Notes under the pieces: model-generated
Databases searched by the model: none
Told to the model about the DNA's origin: nothing
What the model saw: only the letters and a program-made list of their open reading frames with translations
Position numbers and translations under genes: made by a program
Shown here: piece by piece, positions 47,883 through 57,287 of the stretch
How positions within the stretch are numbered: the first letter of the stretch is position 1
How the letters are laid out: each line of letters begins with the position of its first letter
Assembly: GCA_965223845.1 (NCBI GenBank)
Contig: CBDCXR010000004.1
Span: forward strand, 640,001-704,000
DNA length: 64,000 bases
Reading direction: 5' to 3'
DNA from: Planctomycetota bacterium
Lineage (GTDB): Bacteria > Planctomycetota > UBA8108 > SXIK01

Positions 47883-49190
47883 ATGTTTGCTGAGCCGAAG
47901 AAGAAGCCGCACCCGCGACTCGCCGTCTACAGCTTCATCGTGATCGCCGTGGTCGTCGTCCTCGTCGTTCGCGGTGGCACGAAAGGCGGAGACTTCCGTG
48001 CGTATTGGCTAGCGGCGAACGGCCTCCTCGACGGCGACCTCGTTCCGGCGTACGGCGACGCCGAGCGGCCGTTTCAGTACCCACCCTTCTTCGCGTTCCT
48101 GGTCGCTCCCGCGGCGTGGCTTCCCGAGGACGTCGGCCGCTGGCTCTGGTCGGCGCTCAAGGGGGCGCTCGTTCTTCTTCTGTTCCGCGGCGTGCAGCGA
48201 AAGCTCGGATTGGTCGTATCGGCGGAAGCCGCGGTGGCGGGCTTTTTTTTCGCCGTGCGACCGCTCGACAGCGACTTCGCGAACGGCAACGCGAACGTGG
48301 TCGTTCTCGCCCTCGTTCTCCTCGGGTTCGAGTGCGCGCGGCTCCATCGCGACGGCTGGGGCGGGATCGCGTTCGCCTCCGGAATCCTCTCGAAGGTGAC
48401 GCCGGTCCTCCTCCTCCCTTGGGTCGCGGTTCGCCGCCGGTGGCCGCTCCTTCTCCGTACCCTGGTCGCCGTCGCGCTCCTCGGGTGGCTGCTTCCCGTG
48501 CTCGCGCTCGGTTGGGGGGATGCTCACCGCGCGTGGGGCGCGTGGGGGCGCGGGACCCTCTCGATCGTCGATGTGACCTCCGATGCGTACGCGCGCGACG
48601 CGGGTGCGGGGTACGTTCCCGGTCAGAGCCTTCGCGCGCTGTTTCACCGCTTGCTTCGAGCGACCGATGCGACAGCGCACGACGAAGGGAAAGTCGTTTC
48701 CATCAACTGGGTGAACTTCGACAAGCTCACCGTCGACGGAATCTACCTCGCAGTCTCGGCGCTAGTTCTCGGGGGCGTTTGGTTCGCCTTTCGCCGACGA
48801 AACCCCGGGATGCGCGGGGGCTGGACCCCAGGCGAGATCGCGGCGGCGATCGCGCTCGTGCCGCTTCTCGCCCCGCTCAGTCGCAAGGCTCACTTCGTGC
48901 TGCTCTGGCCGGCGGCGGTGCTCGCGTTCGAGGCGTGGTGGCGTTCCTGTGGCCGCCGGCGCTGGCTGGGCGGCGCGCTCTGGGCGTTCGCGTTGGCCGC
49001 TCTCGTCCTAACGAGCCGGGATGTCATCGGAAGGACGGGTTCGCTCTATGCGATGGCGTACTGCCCGTACAGCCTCGCGTCCGTGCTTCTCGTCGCGATC
49101 CTGCTCCACCCCGGTCTCCATCCACCCGCTCCGAGGAGCTTCTCCCTCGAGCGCAGCGTGGGTTACTCGAAGGAGTCGCCCGGAACGTGA
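47883..49190 (+). CDS. GT87 / DUF2029-like polytopic glycosyltransferase (GT-C fold)
   Basis: DF-x-AY, FQYPPFFA, GNAN, K-x-x-P, QSL, P-x-S-x-x-x-H pattern with many TM helices. Confidence 0.8.
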   Translation: MFAEPKKKPHPRLAVYSFIVIAVVVVLVVRGGTKGGDFRAYWLAANGLLDGDLVPAYGDAERPFQYPPFFAFLVAPAAWLPEDVGRWLWSALKGALVLLLFRGVQRKLGLVVSAEAAVAGFFFAVRPLDSDFANGNANVVVLALVLLGFECARLHRDGWGGIAFASGILSKVTPVLLLPWVAVRRRWPLLLRTLVAVALLGWLLPVLALGWGDAHRAWGAWGRGTLSIVDVTSDAYARDAGAGYVPGQSLRALFHRLLRATDATAHDEGKVVSINWVNFDKLTVDGIYLAVSALVLGGVWFAFRRRNPGMRGGWTPGEIAAAIALVPLLAPLSRKAHFVLLWPAAVLAFEAWWRSCGRRRWLGGALWAFALAALVLTSRDVIGRTGSLYAMAYCPYSLASVLLVAILLHPGLHPPAPRSFSLERSVGYSKESPGT

Positions 49191-49229
49191 CGCGCGACCA
49201 CGCGGGCAGGTGGATGCGTTCGCGCGAAA

Positions 49230-49940
49230 TCAGCGGGCGATCTTCGTGTAAGTCCCGTTGTTGCTCGTCGCGAGCGCTCGCAGGAACTGGTCCTGAAGCG
49301 GCCCGACGTTGAGGACGCCGATGGTATTCACCTGCGCGCGGTTGTAGTTCTGTGACTTGACCGCGCTGAGAGTCGTTTGGAGATAGGTCGATTCGTTTGC
49401 GCCCTTGCACGTCCCGCCGCCATCTCCGACGTAGACGACAACTCGGCGCTGTGAGGGCGCGGAATTGGCGAAGGCGAGCGCGGTCATGAGCCCCTCCTGG
49501 CAGCAGCTTCCGCTCCCGCCCCTGACGGTCTGAACCCAGTTCATCGCCGCGGCCTTCATGGCCGGGCTGGCTTCGGTGGCGCGTCCGCTCGCGGGGAACT
49601 TGAGGATTCCCCGGTCGAAGAAACAAAGTCCGAAGTACACGCGATCCGAGAGCGCCTGAATCATCGTCGAAATCTCGCGCTTGGCGATGTCGAGCTCGCG
49701 CGAGTCCTGCATGCTGCCGGAGCGGTCGACGGCGATGAACGTGCCATCGCCCTCGAAGGTCTGGCCGTAGAACTGAATGATCTCCGACGTGTCGTCGTCG
49801 GTGTCGTCTCCGTCGGAGATTCCCGCGTCGTAGGGGAGGTCGAGGTTGGCTTTGCTTCCGGTCCCGACGAGCGATTGCGCGTTCGCGATGACGCCGAAGC
49901 CGTGAGAAAGAGCGATGGCGATGAGCAGGGAGTAACGCAT
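49230..49940 (-). CDS. Secreted stand-alone vWA domain protein, copy 1
   Basis: ATG 49940 with AGGAGG RBS; signal peptide (ANAQ); MIDAS DRSGS; YVGDG; VNTIG; FL-x-x-LA-x-x-NNGTY. Confidence 0.9.
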   Translation of the reverse strand: MRYSLLIAIALSHGFGVIANAQSLVGTGSKANLDLPYDAGISDGDDTDDDTSEIIQFYGQTFEGDGTFIAVDRSGSMQDSRELDIAKREISTMIQALSDRVYFGLCFFDRGILKFPASGRATEASPAMKAAAMNWVQTVRGGSGSCCQEGLMTALAFANSAPSQRRVVVYVGDGGGTCKGANESTYLQTTLSAVKSQNYNRAQVNTIGVLNVGPLQDQFLRALATSNNGTYTKIAR

Positions 49941-50098
49941 CGGTGAACCTCCTTTAGTTTGTCGAGGTGTGTGCGGATGACTTCGCTCCGCACTCGCGGC
50001 GGGAGTCAGCGACCGTCTCGTCGCGCTCATGCGAATAGACGGGGCTCGCACTCCGAGTCTTGCGCGTCGTGGGCATGAAGTCGGATCGTGATCTCGAC

Positions 50099-50143
50099 AA
50101 AAAAACGAGGCTGACCCGGCTCAGCAAGCCGAGTCAGCCTCGT
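50099..50143 (-). terminator. Intrinsic terminator after vWA copy 2
   Basis: Stem ACGAGGCTGAC...GTCAGCCTCGT with a 7-T run on the minus strand. Confidence 0.8.
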
Positions 50144-50177
50144 CGTTCCGGAGAAAGCCGGATGCGGATGTCGAATC

Positions 50178-50894
50178 CTAGCGAGAGACCTTCGTGTAAG
50201 TACCGTTGTTGCTCGTCGCGAGGTTTCGCAGGAACTGATCCTGAATGTTTCCGATGTTCAGAACTCCGATCGCATTTACCTGCGCCCGATTGTAGTTCTG
50301 CGACTTGACGACGCTGAGCGTCGTCTGGAGGTAGGTGCTCTCGTTCGCGCCCTTGCACGTGCCGCCACCGTCACCGACGTAGACGACCACTCGTCGCTGG
50401 GACGGCGCGGAGTTCGCAAACGTGAGCGCGGTGATGAGCCCCTCCTGGCAGCAGCTTCCGCCGCCGCCACGCACGGTCTGCACCCAGTTCATCGCCGCGG
50501 CCTTCATCGCGGGGTTCGCCTCGGTGGCGCGCCCGCTCGCGGGAAACTTGAGGAGTCCCTTGTCGAAGAAGCAGAGCCCGAAGTACACGCGATCCGAGAA
50601 CTCTTGGATCATCTTCGAGATCTCGCGTTTCGCGATGTCGAGCTCGCCCGAGTCCTGCATACTGCCGGAGCGATCCACGGCGATGAAGGTGCCGTCGCCC
50701 TCGAAGGTCTGGCCGTAGAACTGAATGATCTCCGGCGCGTCTTCGTCTTCGCCCTCGCCATCGGAGAGGCCGGCGTCGAACGGAAGATCGAGGTTCGCTT
50801 TGTTGCCACCGCCCGTGAGTGTCTGTGCGTTTGCGATCGTCGTGAGCCCGATCGCGAACAGCAGTGCGGTGAGAAGACTCGAAAATCGACCCAT
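50178..50894 (-). CDS. Secreted stand-alone vWA domain protein, copy 2
   Basis: AAGGAGG RBS; signal peptide (ANAQ); same motifs as copy 1. Confidence 0.92.
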   Translation of the reverse strand: MGRFSSLLTALLFAIGLTTIANAQTLTGGGNKANLDLPFDAGLSDGEGEDEDAPEIIQFYGQTFEGDGTFIAVDRSGSMQDSGELDIAKREISKMIQEFSDRVYFGLCFFDKGLLKFPASGRATEANPAMKAAAMNWVQTVRGGGGSCCQEGLITALTFANSAPSQRRVVVYVGDGGGTCKGANESTYLQTTLSVVKSQNYNRAQVNAIGVLNIGNIQDQFLRNLATSNNGTYTKVSR

Positions 50895-51427
50895 GGTGGA
50901 CCTCCTTGTGCTCCTTCACGCCGACACGCGGCGACTTAACTGGCAGCCTCGAGCCGGAATGGCTGGAGACGGACTCGGCTCTCCTCGTCGTTTGGGCGGT
51001 CAAATCCTCCGTTCAGTTTTCCCCTCGCCCCGATCTCGAGCCGCATACGCTCGATCGGGCGGTGAAGTCATCTATTAAGACGGACGACAGGGCAGCTTTC
51101 TTGCACCGGGGACGCCCCCGCATTATCTAACTATCTGCAAGACATGGGTTTAGGTCGATCGCGGGGCGAGTTTCGGCCTCTACGGGTCAGACCCGGACTG
51201 AGCCTCGATCCCGATCCTCGGAGTGCGCAGTCGCGGTCGGTCGCTGCGGCACTCTGCCGACACCCGACTCCCCGTCCGCCCGCGTCGTGCCGTCTCGCAC
51301 ACCGAGTCGCGCGCGGCACGCGGGTCGTCTTGAGCGCGACGCAACGATCGTCACGGCCGCCTCTCCGCGTCTCCGATGCTGGGCGGGGCCGATCGGAACT
51401 CCGACGGTCGAGGCTCATAGCTCGGCC

Positions 51428-51469
51428 AAAGAAAAAAGCCCCGGCTTCCGCAAGGGAAGCCGGGGCTTT
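51428..51469 (-). terminator. Intrinsic terminator after vWA copy 3
   Basis: Perfect 15-bp stem AAAGCCCCGGCTTCC / GGAAGCCGGGGCTTT with a T run on the minus strand. Confidence 0.87.
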
Positions 51470-51510
51470 AGTTCACTCGTCGGCGCCGCAGCGCCGGCCG
51501 GAGTGTGTGG

Positions 51511-52227
51511 CTAACGAGCGACCTTCGTGTACGTGCCGTTGTTGCTCGTCGCGAGATTCCGCAGGAACTGGTCCTGAAGATTACCGACGTTCAGCACACC
51601 GATCGTGTTCACCTGCGCGCGGTTGTAGTTCTGGGACTTGACGACGCTTAGGGTCGTCTGGAGGTAGGTGCTCTCGTTCGCGCCCTTGCACGTGCCGCCG
51701 CCGTCACCGACGTAGACGACCACTCGCCGCTGGGACGGCGCGGAGTTCGCAAACGTGAGCGCCGTGATGAGCCCCTCCTGGCAGCAGCTTCCGCCGCCGC
51801 CGCGCACGGTCTGCACCCAGTTCATCGCCGCGGCCTTCATCGCGGAGTTGGCTTCGGTGGCGCGTCCGCTCGCGGGAAACTTGAGGAGTCCCTTGTCGAA
51901 GAAGCAGAGCCCGAAGTACACGCGATCCGAAAACTCCTGGATCATCTTCGAGATTTCGCGCTTGGCGATATCGAGCTCGCCCGAGTCCTGCATACTGCCG
52001 GAGCGATCGACAGTGATGAACGTGCCGTCACCCTCGAAGGTTTGACCGTAGAACTGAATGATCTCCGGCGCGTCTTCGTCTTCGCCTTCGCCATCGGAAA
52101 GTCCGGCGTCGAAGGGGAGGTCCAAGTTCGCCTTGTTGCCGCCTCCAGCGAGTGACTGCGCGCTCGCCGTCGACCCGAAACAAAACGCAACCGCGAGGGC
52201 GGCGAGAAACGTCGAGAATCGACTCAT
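51511..52227 (-). CDS. Secreted stand-alone vWA domain protein, copy 3
   Basis: ATG 52227 with AAGGAG RBS; signal peptide (ASAQ); mature part differs from copy 2 at 8 of about 215 residues by manual alignment. Confidence 0.92.
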   Translation of the reverse strand: MSRFSTFLAALAVAFCFGSTASAQSLAGGGNKANLDLPFDAGLSDGEGEDEDAPEIIQFYGQTFEGDGTFITVDRSGSMQDSGELDIAKREISKMIQEFSDRVYFGLCFFDKGLLKFPASGRATEANSAMKAAAMNWVQTVRGGGGSCCQEGLITALTFANSAPSQRRVVVYVGDGGGTCKGANESTYLQTTLSVVKSQNYNRAQVNTIGVLNVGNLQDQFLRNLATSNNGTYTKVAR

Positions 52228-52415
52228 GTGCGATATCTCCTTTGAACTCCGTGAGGGCGAGTCGGCCCGTAGGATTGAAGGCAGTGGATTCGAGTCCGGT
52301 GATCGCGGCACCGTCGAGCCCGCTTCCGGCGGGGTCAATACGAAGACGGAGTTGAGCTCCGGTTCCTTGCACTGAATCCGCGGAAATCGCTTTCTTCACC
52401 TGACTCTCGCCCCTG

Positions 52416-52444
52416 ATTGTACTTATGACTGGCGAGGCGATCAA
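52416..52444 (-). promoter_or_regulatory. Candidate sigma-70-type promoter for vWA copy 3
   Basis: Minus strand TTGATC-N17-TACAAT, about 190 nt upstream of the start codon. Confidence 0.55.
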
Positions 52445-52691
52445 GCCGGCGGGGCCGGCGGATTCGCCTGGAGCCGGGTTTGAAGCGGTTGGACAGAGCG
52501 CTAACAAAGTTCAAAACGATACAAACGGCGTAAAAGGCGAGTTCTGACCGGGATCGGTGGCCCCTCGGGCGGAAAAACGCCTTCGCCGGGCGCGAGCGCC
52601 CACTATACTGTGCCGCTTCCTCGGCGCCGCGCGGGAGTCGCGAGCGCCCCTCTCGCCGACCATCTCCCTCTCGACGGCGCCCTTGGAAGCG

Positions 52692-53222
52692 ATGGAAATC
52701 GTTCTCTACCCCGATCCGTTTCTCCGGCGGCGCGCGGAGCCTCTCACCCGAATCGACGAATCGGTGCGCGAGCGGGTGCGGCGGATGTTCGAGCTCATGT
52801 ACGAGGCGAACGGCGTCGGCCTTGCGGCGCCCCAGGTCGGCTGGGGAGTTCGTCTTTTCGTGACGAACGTAACCGGCGAACCGGACCCGGATGAGGAGCG
52901 CGTGTTCGTCAATCCCGAGGTCCGGAAGGTCGACGACGCCGAGACGGCGAACGAGGAGGAGGTCGACGTCGAGGGCTGTCTCTCGATTCCCGGCGTCCAG
53001 GGTCGGGTCTCCCGCCTCCGGCGCGTCATCGTCACGGCTCTCGACCTCGACGGCAACGAGTTCGAGGCGGAGGCCGTCGATCTCGACGCCCGCGTGATCC
53101 AGCACGAGACGGATCACCTCGACGGAATCCTCTTTCTCTCTAAGCTGAACACGACCGATCGACTGAAGGTCGCAAAGAAGCTGAAGAAGCTCGAGAAGGA
53201 GTACAAGCAGGCCCGCGGATGA
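52692..53222 (+). CDS. def: Peptide deformylase
   Basis: GVGLAAPQVG, EGCLSIP, QHETDHLDG; start reassigned to ATG 52692. Confidence 0.97.
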   Translation: MEIVLYPDPFLRRRAEPLTRIDESVRERVRRMFELMYEANGVGLAAPQVGWGVRLFVTNVTGEPDPDEERVFVNPEVRKVDDAETANEEEVDVEGCLSIPGVQGRVSRLRRVIVTALDLDGNEFEAEAVDLDARVIQHETDHLDGILFLSKLNTTDRLKVAKKLKKLEKEYKQARG

Positions 53223-54268
53223 GCGACGCGACGCCGGCACTACCGCTCCGAATCTACCGAAGCTTGGCCGCCGCGGAGAAGGACGCGCCCGCCGGCGCGC
53301 TCCCGCGAGTCGTGGCCGCGGGATTCTACGACGGAGTCCATCTCGGTCACCGCGCGCTCCTTCGCGAGCTCGCGGAGTGGGGGGCCGAGGCGGGGGCGGA
53401 GCCGGCGGTTCTCACGTTCGATCCGCACCCGCTCGAGGTCCTCCGCTCGGCCGCCCCGGCGAAGGTGGTTTCGCTCGAGCACCGCCTGCTCCTCCTCGCG
53501 TCGAGCGGCGTTCGGACCGTGCTCGTGCTGCCGTTCGATGTCGCGGTCTCGCGGTGGTCGGCGGCAGAGTTCGTCTCGCGCGCGATGCGCGACGCTCTCC
53601 GTGCGCGCTACGTGCTCATGGGATTCGACAGCGCCTGGGGGCACGAGCGCGCCGGTTCGTTCGCAGAGCTCACCCGTCTCGCCCCTGACCTCGGCGTCGA
53701 GATTCGGCGGGCGGGCGTCGAGCGCCTAGGCGGGAGGCGCGTCTCGAGCACGCTCGTTCGCGACGCGGTGCGGAACGGTTCGCTCGCGGAGCTCTCCGTT
53801 CTCCTCGGGCGGGACTTTTCCGTGCTCGGCGAAGTCGTCCGCGGCCACGGTCGCGGTCACGAACTCGGCTTTCCGACCGCTAACATTCGATCGAAGGCCG
53901 ACCTCGATCTTCCTTCCGGCGTCTACTTCGCTGAAGTCTCCCGCTGGGGACGTCTCGATCTCGATCCGTCGCGCCCGGTCGCGACCGTCGACGCAGCCCC
54001 TCCGGCGACGCGCGCGAACGCTCTCGTCAACATCGGCTCGGCGCCGACGTTCGGCGGCGGCGACGGGATCTCGATCGAGGCCTACCTCGTTCCGTCGAGC
54101 GAGTCGACGACGCATCGAGACGAAGCCGTCGATCTCTACGGCGAGACGATCGAGATCCATTTTCTCGAGCGTCACCGCGACGAAATCCGTTTCGATTCGC
54201 CACGCGAGCTCGCCGAACAGATTCGCCGCGACGTGGACGCGCACGGACAGTTTGTCGCCCGGCGGTGA
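53219..54268 (+). CDS. ribF: Bifunctional FAD synthetase / riboflavin kinase
   Basis: G-x-YDGVHLGH, TFDPHP, VSSTLVR, G-x-GRG-x-x-LGFPTAN, GVY, NIG-x-x-PTF, IEAY. Confidence 0.93.
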   Translation: MSDATPALPLRIYRSLAAAEKDAPAGALPRVVAAGFYDGVHLGHRALLRELAEWGAEAGAEPAVLTFDPHPLEVLRSAAPAKVVSLEHRLLLLASSGVRTVLVLPFDVAVSRWSAAEFVSRAMRDALRARYVLMGFDSAWGHERAGSFAELTRLAPDLGVEIRRAGVERLGGRRVSSTLVRDAVRNGSLAELSVLLGRDFSVLGEVVRGHGRGHELGFPTANIRSKADLDLPSGVYFAEVSRWGRLDLDPSRPVATVDAAPPATRANALVNIGSAPTFGGGDGISIEAYLVPSSESTTHRDEAVDLYGETIEIHFLERHRDEIRFDSPRELAEQIRRDVDAHGQFVARR

Positions 54269-54290
54269 TCCTCCGGCGGGCTCGTCTGCG

Positions 54291-55778
54291 CTAGCTGCCG
54301 TCCGTCTCGCAGGGACAGACGAGAATCGGCTGCTTGACTGCGTTCACTTCGTCGAGGCGGCGCACCGGCTGCGTGACAGGCGCCGCGAGGAGGGTCTCGG
54401 GCGAGGCGATCGCTTCGCTCGCGATCTGTAGCATCGCGTCCGCGAACGCGTCGAGCGTTTCGAGCGATTCGGTCTCGGTCGGCTCGATCATCAGCGCCTC
54501 GGCGACGACGAGGGGAAAGTAGATCGTCGGCGGATGGAAGCCGAGGTCGATCAGCCGCTTTGCGATGTCGAGCGCCCGGATGCCGTGGGCCTTCTGTCGC
54601 TTCGCCGTGAAGACGACCTCGTGCATGCATCGCGCTGAGTAGGGCAGATGGTACGCATCGCGAAGCCGAGCGCGGAGGTAGTTCGCGCCGAGGACGGCGT
54701 TCTCGCTGATCCCGCGGAGCTCGGCGGGGCCGTGCGCCATCGCGTAGGCGAGCGCGCGAATCAGGATGCCGGAGTTGCCGAAGAACGAGCGCACCTTACC
54801 GATGCTGTGCGGCGCGTCGGCGAGGAGCGCGAAGGTCCCGTCGTCCTTGCGCTCGAGGCGAGGGACGGGGAGGTAAGGAGCCAGGGCATCGGAGACTGCG
54901 ATCGGCCCCGCGCCCGGCCCGCCCCCGCCGTGCGGCGTCGAGAACGTCTTGTGGAGATTGAAGTGCATCACGTCGACGCCAAAGTCGCCGGGACGGGTGA
55001 TCCCGAGGATGGCGTTCATGTTCGCCCCGTCCATATAGAGGAGCGCCCCGGTCTCGTGGAGCTCGTGGCTGATCGTTCCGATGTCGCTCTCGAAGATTCC
55101 GAGCGTGTTCGGATTGGTGATCATCATCGCGGCGACGTCGTCCTCGAGTTTCGCGCGGAAATCCTCGAGGGAGACGCGTCCGTCGGGACCCGATTTCACT
55201 TCGCGGGTCTCGAACCCGGCGAGAGTACAGCTCGAAGGATTCGTTCCGTGGGCGCTGTCGGGGATGAGGACGACGTTTTTCTCGGCTGACTTTCCCTCGT
55301 GGCAGAGGTGCGCCTTGATGAGCATGAGCGCCGTCAGCTCGCCGTGAGCGCCGGCCGCCGGCTGGAGCGACACGTGGGGGAGGCCGCTCACTTCGCTCAA
55401 GAACCGTTCGAGTCGATGGAAGACCGTGAGGATGCCCTGGACCTCCTCCGCCGTCGCGAGAGGGTGCGCATCGCGAAACCCGCGCTCGTTCGCCGCGACC
55501 TCGTTCAGTCGCGGGTTGTACTTCATGGTGCACGAGCCGAGCGGGTAGAAGTTGCCGTCGATCGAGAAGTTCTTGATCGAGATTCTCGTGTAGTGCCGGA
55601 CGGCATCGAGCTCGCTCAGCTCGGGAAGACCCACGCTTTCCTCGCGGCGGAGCTCGCGCGGGAGGCACTCGTCGAGTGGCGGCAGGTCATCCTCCGCGCG
55701 CGGGGGCATGACGCCGAGACGACCGGGACGGCTCAGCTCGAACACGGTCGGAGTGGACGTCGACGGCGCGGTGCTCAC
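54291..55778 (-). CDS. gcvPB: Glycine dehydrogenase (decarboxylating) subunit 2
   Basis: GTG 55778 overlapping the gcvPA stop; YPLGSCTMKYNP, QPAAGAHGE, SAHGTNP, HFNLHKTFSTPHGGGGPG, MIEPTETES. Confidence 0.96.
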   Translation of the reverse strand: MSTAPSTSTPTVFELSRPGRLGVMPPRAEDDLPPLDECLPRELRREESVGLPELSELDAVRHYTRISIKNFSIDGNFYPLGSCTMKYNPRLNEVAANERGFRDAHPLATAEEVQGILTVFHRLERFLSEVSGLPHVSLQPAAGAHGELTALMLIKAHLCHEGKSAEKNVVLIPDSAHGTNPSSCTLAGFETREVKSGPDGRVSLEDFRAKLEDDVAAMMITNPNTLGIFESDIGTISHELHETGALLYMDGANMNAILGITRPGDFGVDVMHFNLHKTFSTPHGGGGPGAGPIAVSDALAPYLPVPRLERKDDGTFALLADAPHSIGKVRSFFGNSGILIRALAYAMAHGPAELRGISENAVLGANYLRARLRDAYHLPYSARCMHEVVFTAKRQKAHGIRALDIAKRLIDLGFHPPTIYFPLVVAEALMIEPTETESLETLDAFADAMLQIASEAIASPETLLAAPVTQPVRRLDEVNAVKQPILVCPCETDGS

Positions 55779-57196
55779 GAGGCCTCCAGGGCGTTTTCCG
55801 TCGCCGACGTGCGGCGGTTCGTTTCGTCCTGCACCGGCGCGCGCCGGCAAATCTCCGCGACCGACTCGGTGAGTCGATCGATGTCGGCCTTCGTAGTCAG
55901 CTCGGTGAACGCGAACAACATCTCCCGCTCGCGGCCCGGAAAGTAGCGCCCGAGCGGAAGACCGCCGCCGATTCCGGCGCGATCGAGCTCGCGGTACATC
56001 GTCTCCGCCGGAAGCGGAAGCTCGAGCGTGAGCTCGCAGAAAACCGGCGCTTGGTACACAGCGCGGACGGAGGGAATCGCAGTGAGGGCGGCGCGTGCGT
56101 ATCGAGCTCGCCGCGCCGACACGCTCGCGACCTCGCGGAGCCCCGTCTCGCCGAGGAGAGTGAGGTACATCGCGCCGCGGAGGCAGCACAGACCTTGATT
56201 CGTGCAAATGTTGCTCGTCGCCCGTTCGCGGCGGATGTGCTGCTCGCGCGTTTGAAACGTGAGTACGTAGCCGCGCTTCCCTTCGCTGTCGCGCGTTTCT
56301 CCGACGATGCGCCCGGGGAGCTTCCGTACGTGAGCTTCGCGTGTGGCAAAAAAGCCGAAGCTCGGTCCTCCGTACGCGATCGGATTCCCGAGCTGCTGCC
56401 CCTCGCCGACGGCGACGTCGGCCCCGTACGCTCCGGGTGGCTTGAGAAGCGCGAGCGAGATAGGGTCGACGACCGCGATGAAGACAGGCGGGAGTTCCAC
56501 CGCATCGAGCGCCGCGCGAATCTTCTCCCCCGATTCGATCACGCCGAAGAAGTTCGGTGTCTGCATCGCGACGGCGAGCGTCTCCGGGGTGATGAGTGGA
56601 CCGAGGAGCTCGACCGAGGTTAGGCCGCTGGCGTCGATCGGAACGCGTACGATCTCGATCGGGTGGCTCGCGAGATAGGTTTCGAGGACGCGCAGGTACT
56701 CGGGGTGGATTCCCTCCGACACGATCACCCGGTGTCCCTTTCGCCGGATCGAGTACGCCATGAGGACGGACTCGGCGAGCGCGGTCGCGCCCTCGTACAT
56801 CGACGCGTTCGAAATCTCCATGCCGGTCAGGCGGGCGATCATCGATTGATACTCGAAGATCGCCTGGAGCGTCCCCTGACTCACCTCGGGCTGGTACGGC
56901 GTGTACGCCGTGCTGAACTCGCCGCGGCTCGCGAGGTGCTCGACCGCGGAGGGAATGAATCGGCGGTAGGATCCGGCTCCGAGAAAGGAAGGACGCTGGG
57001 AAGCCGCGCGATTCCTCGCCGCGAGTCGGCCGAGTTCGTCCAGGATTTCCGCCTCGGTTCGCCGCGGCGGGATCGCGAGCGGTCGATCGAGGCGGTGCTC
57101 CCGCGGGATTCCGTCGAACAGCTCCTCGAGGCTTTCGGCGCCGATCGCCGCGAGCATCGCCGCGCGCTCTTCCGGGGTGTGGGGCGAATACGTCAT
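55775..57196 (-). CDS. gcvPA: Glycine dehydrogenase (decarboxylating) subunit 1
   Basis: FLGAG, TAYTPYQPEVSQG, NASMYEGATA, TREQHIRRERATSNICTNQ. Confidence 0.96.
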   Translation of the reverse strand: MTYSPHTPEERAAMLAAIGAESLEELFDGIPREHRLDRPLAIPPRRTEAEILDELGRLAARNRAASQRPSFLGAGSYRRFIPSAVEHLASRGEFSTAYTPYQPEVSQGTLQAIFEYQSMIARLTGMEISNASMYEGATALAESVLMAYSIRRKGHRVIVSEGIHPEYLRVLETYLASHPIEIVRVPIDASGLTSVELLGPLITPETLAVAMQTPNFFGVIESGEKIRAALDAVELPPVFIAVVDPISLALLKPPGAYGADVAVGEGQQLGNPIAYGGPSFGFFATREAHVRKLPGRIVGETRDSEGKRGYVLTFQTREQHIRRERATSNICTNQGLCCLRGAMYLTLLGETGLREVASVSARRARYARAALTAIPSVRAVYQAPVFCELTLELPLPAETMYRELDRAGIGGGLPLGRYFPGREREMLFAFTELTTKADIDRLTESVAEICRRAPVQDETNRRTSATENALEAS

Positions 57197-57287
57197 AGTC
57201 GATCCGAAGCGCCGCGGTGCGATGAAGAGCGGAGTTCGGCGCGAACGCTCGCTCGCTCGCCGCGACGCGCAGGTCCAGCGATCAGCG

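Noticed and set aside
49230-52227. vWA repeats as a diversity-generating retroelement or silent-cassette system
   Set aside because: Differences are mostly synonymous and not adenine-specific, all copies are full-length with RBS and signal peptide, and no reverse transcriptase or recombinase is in the window.
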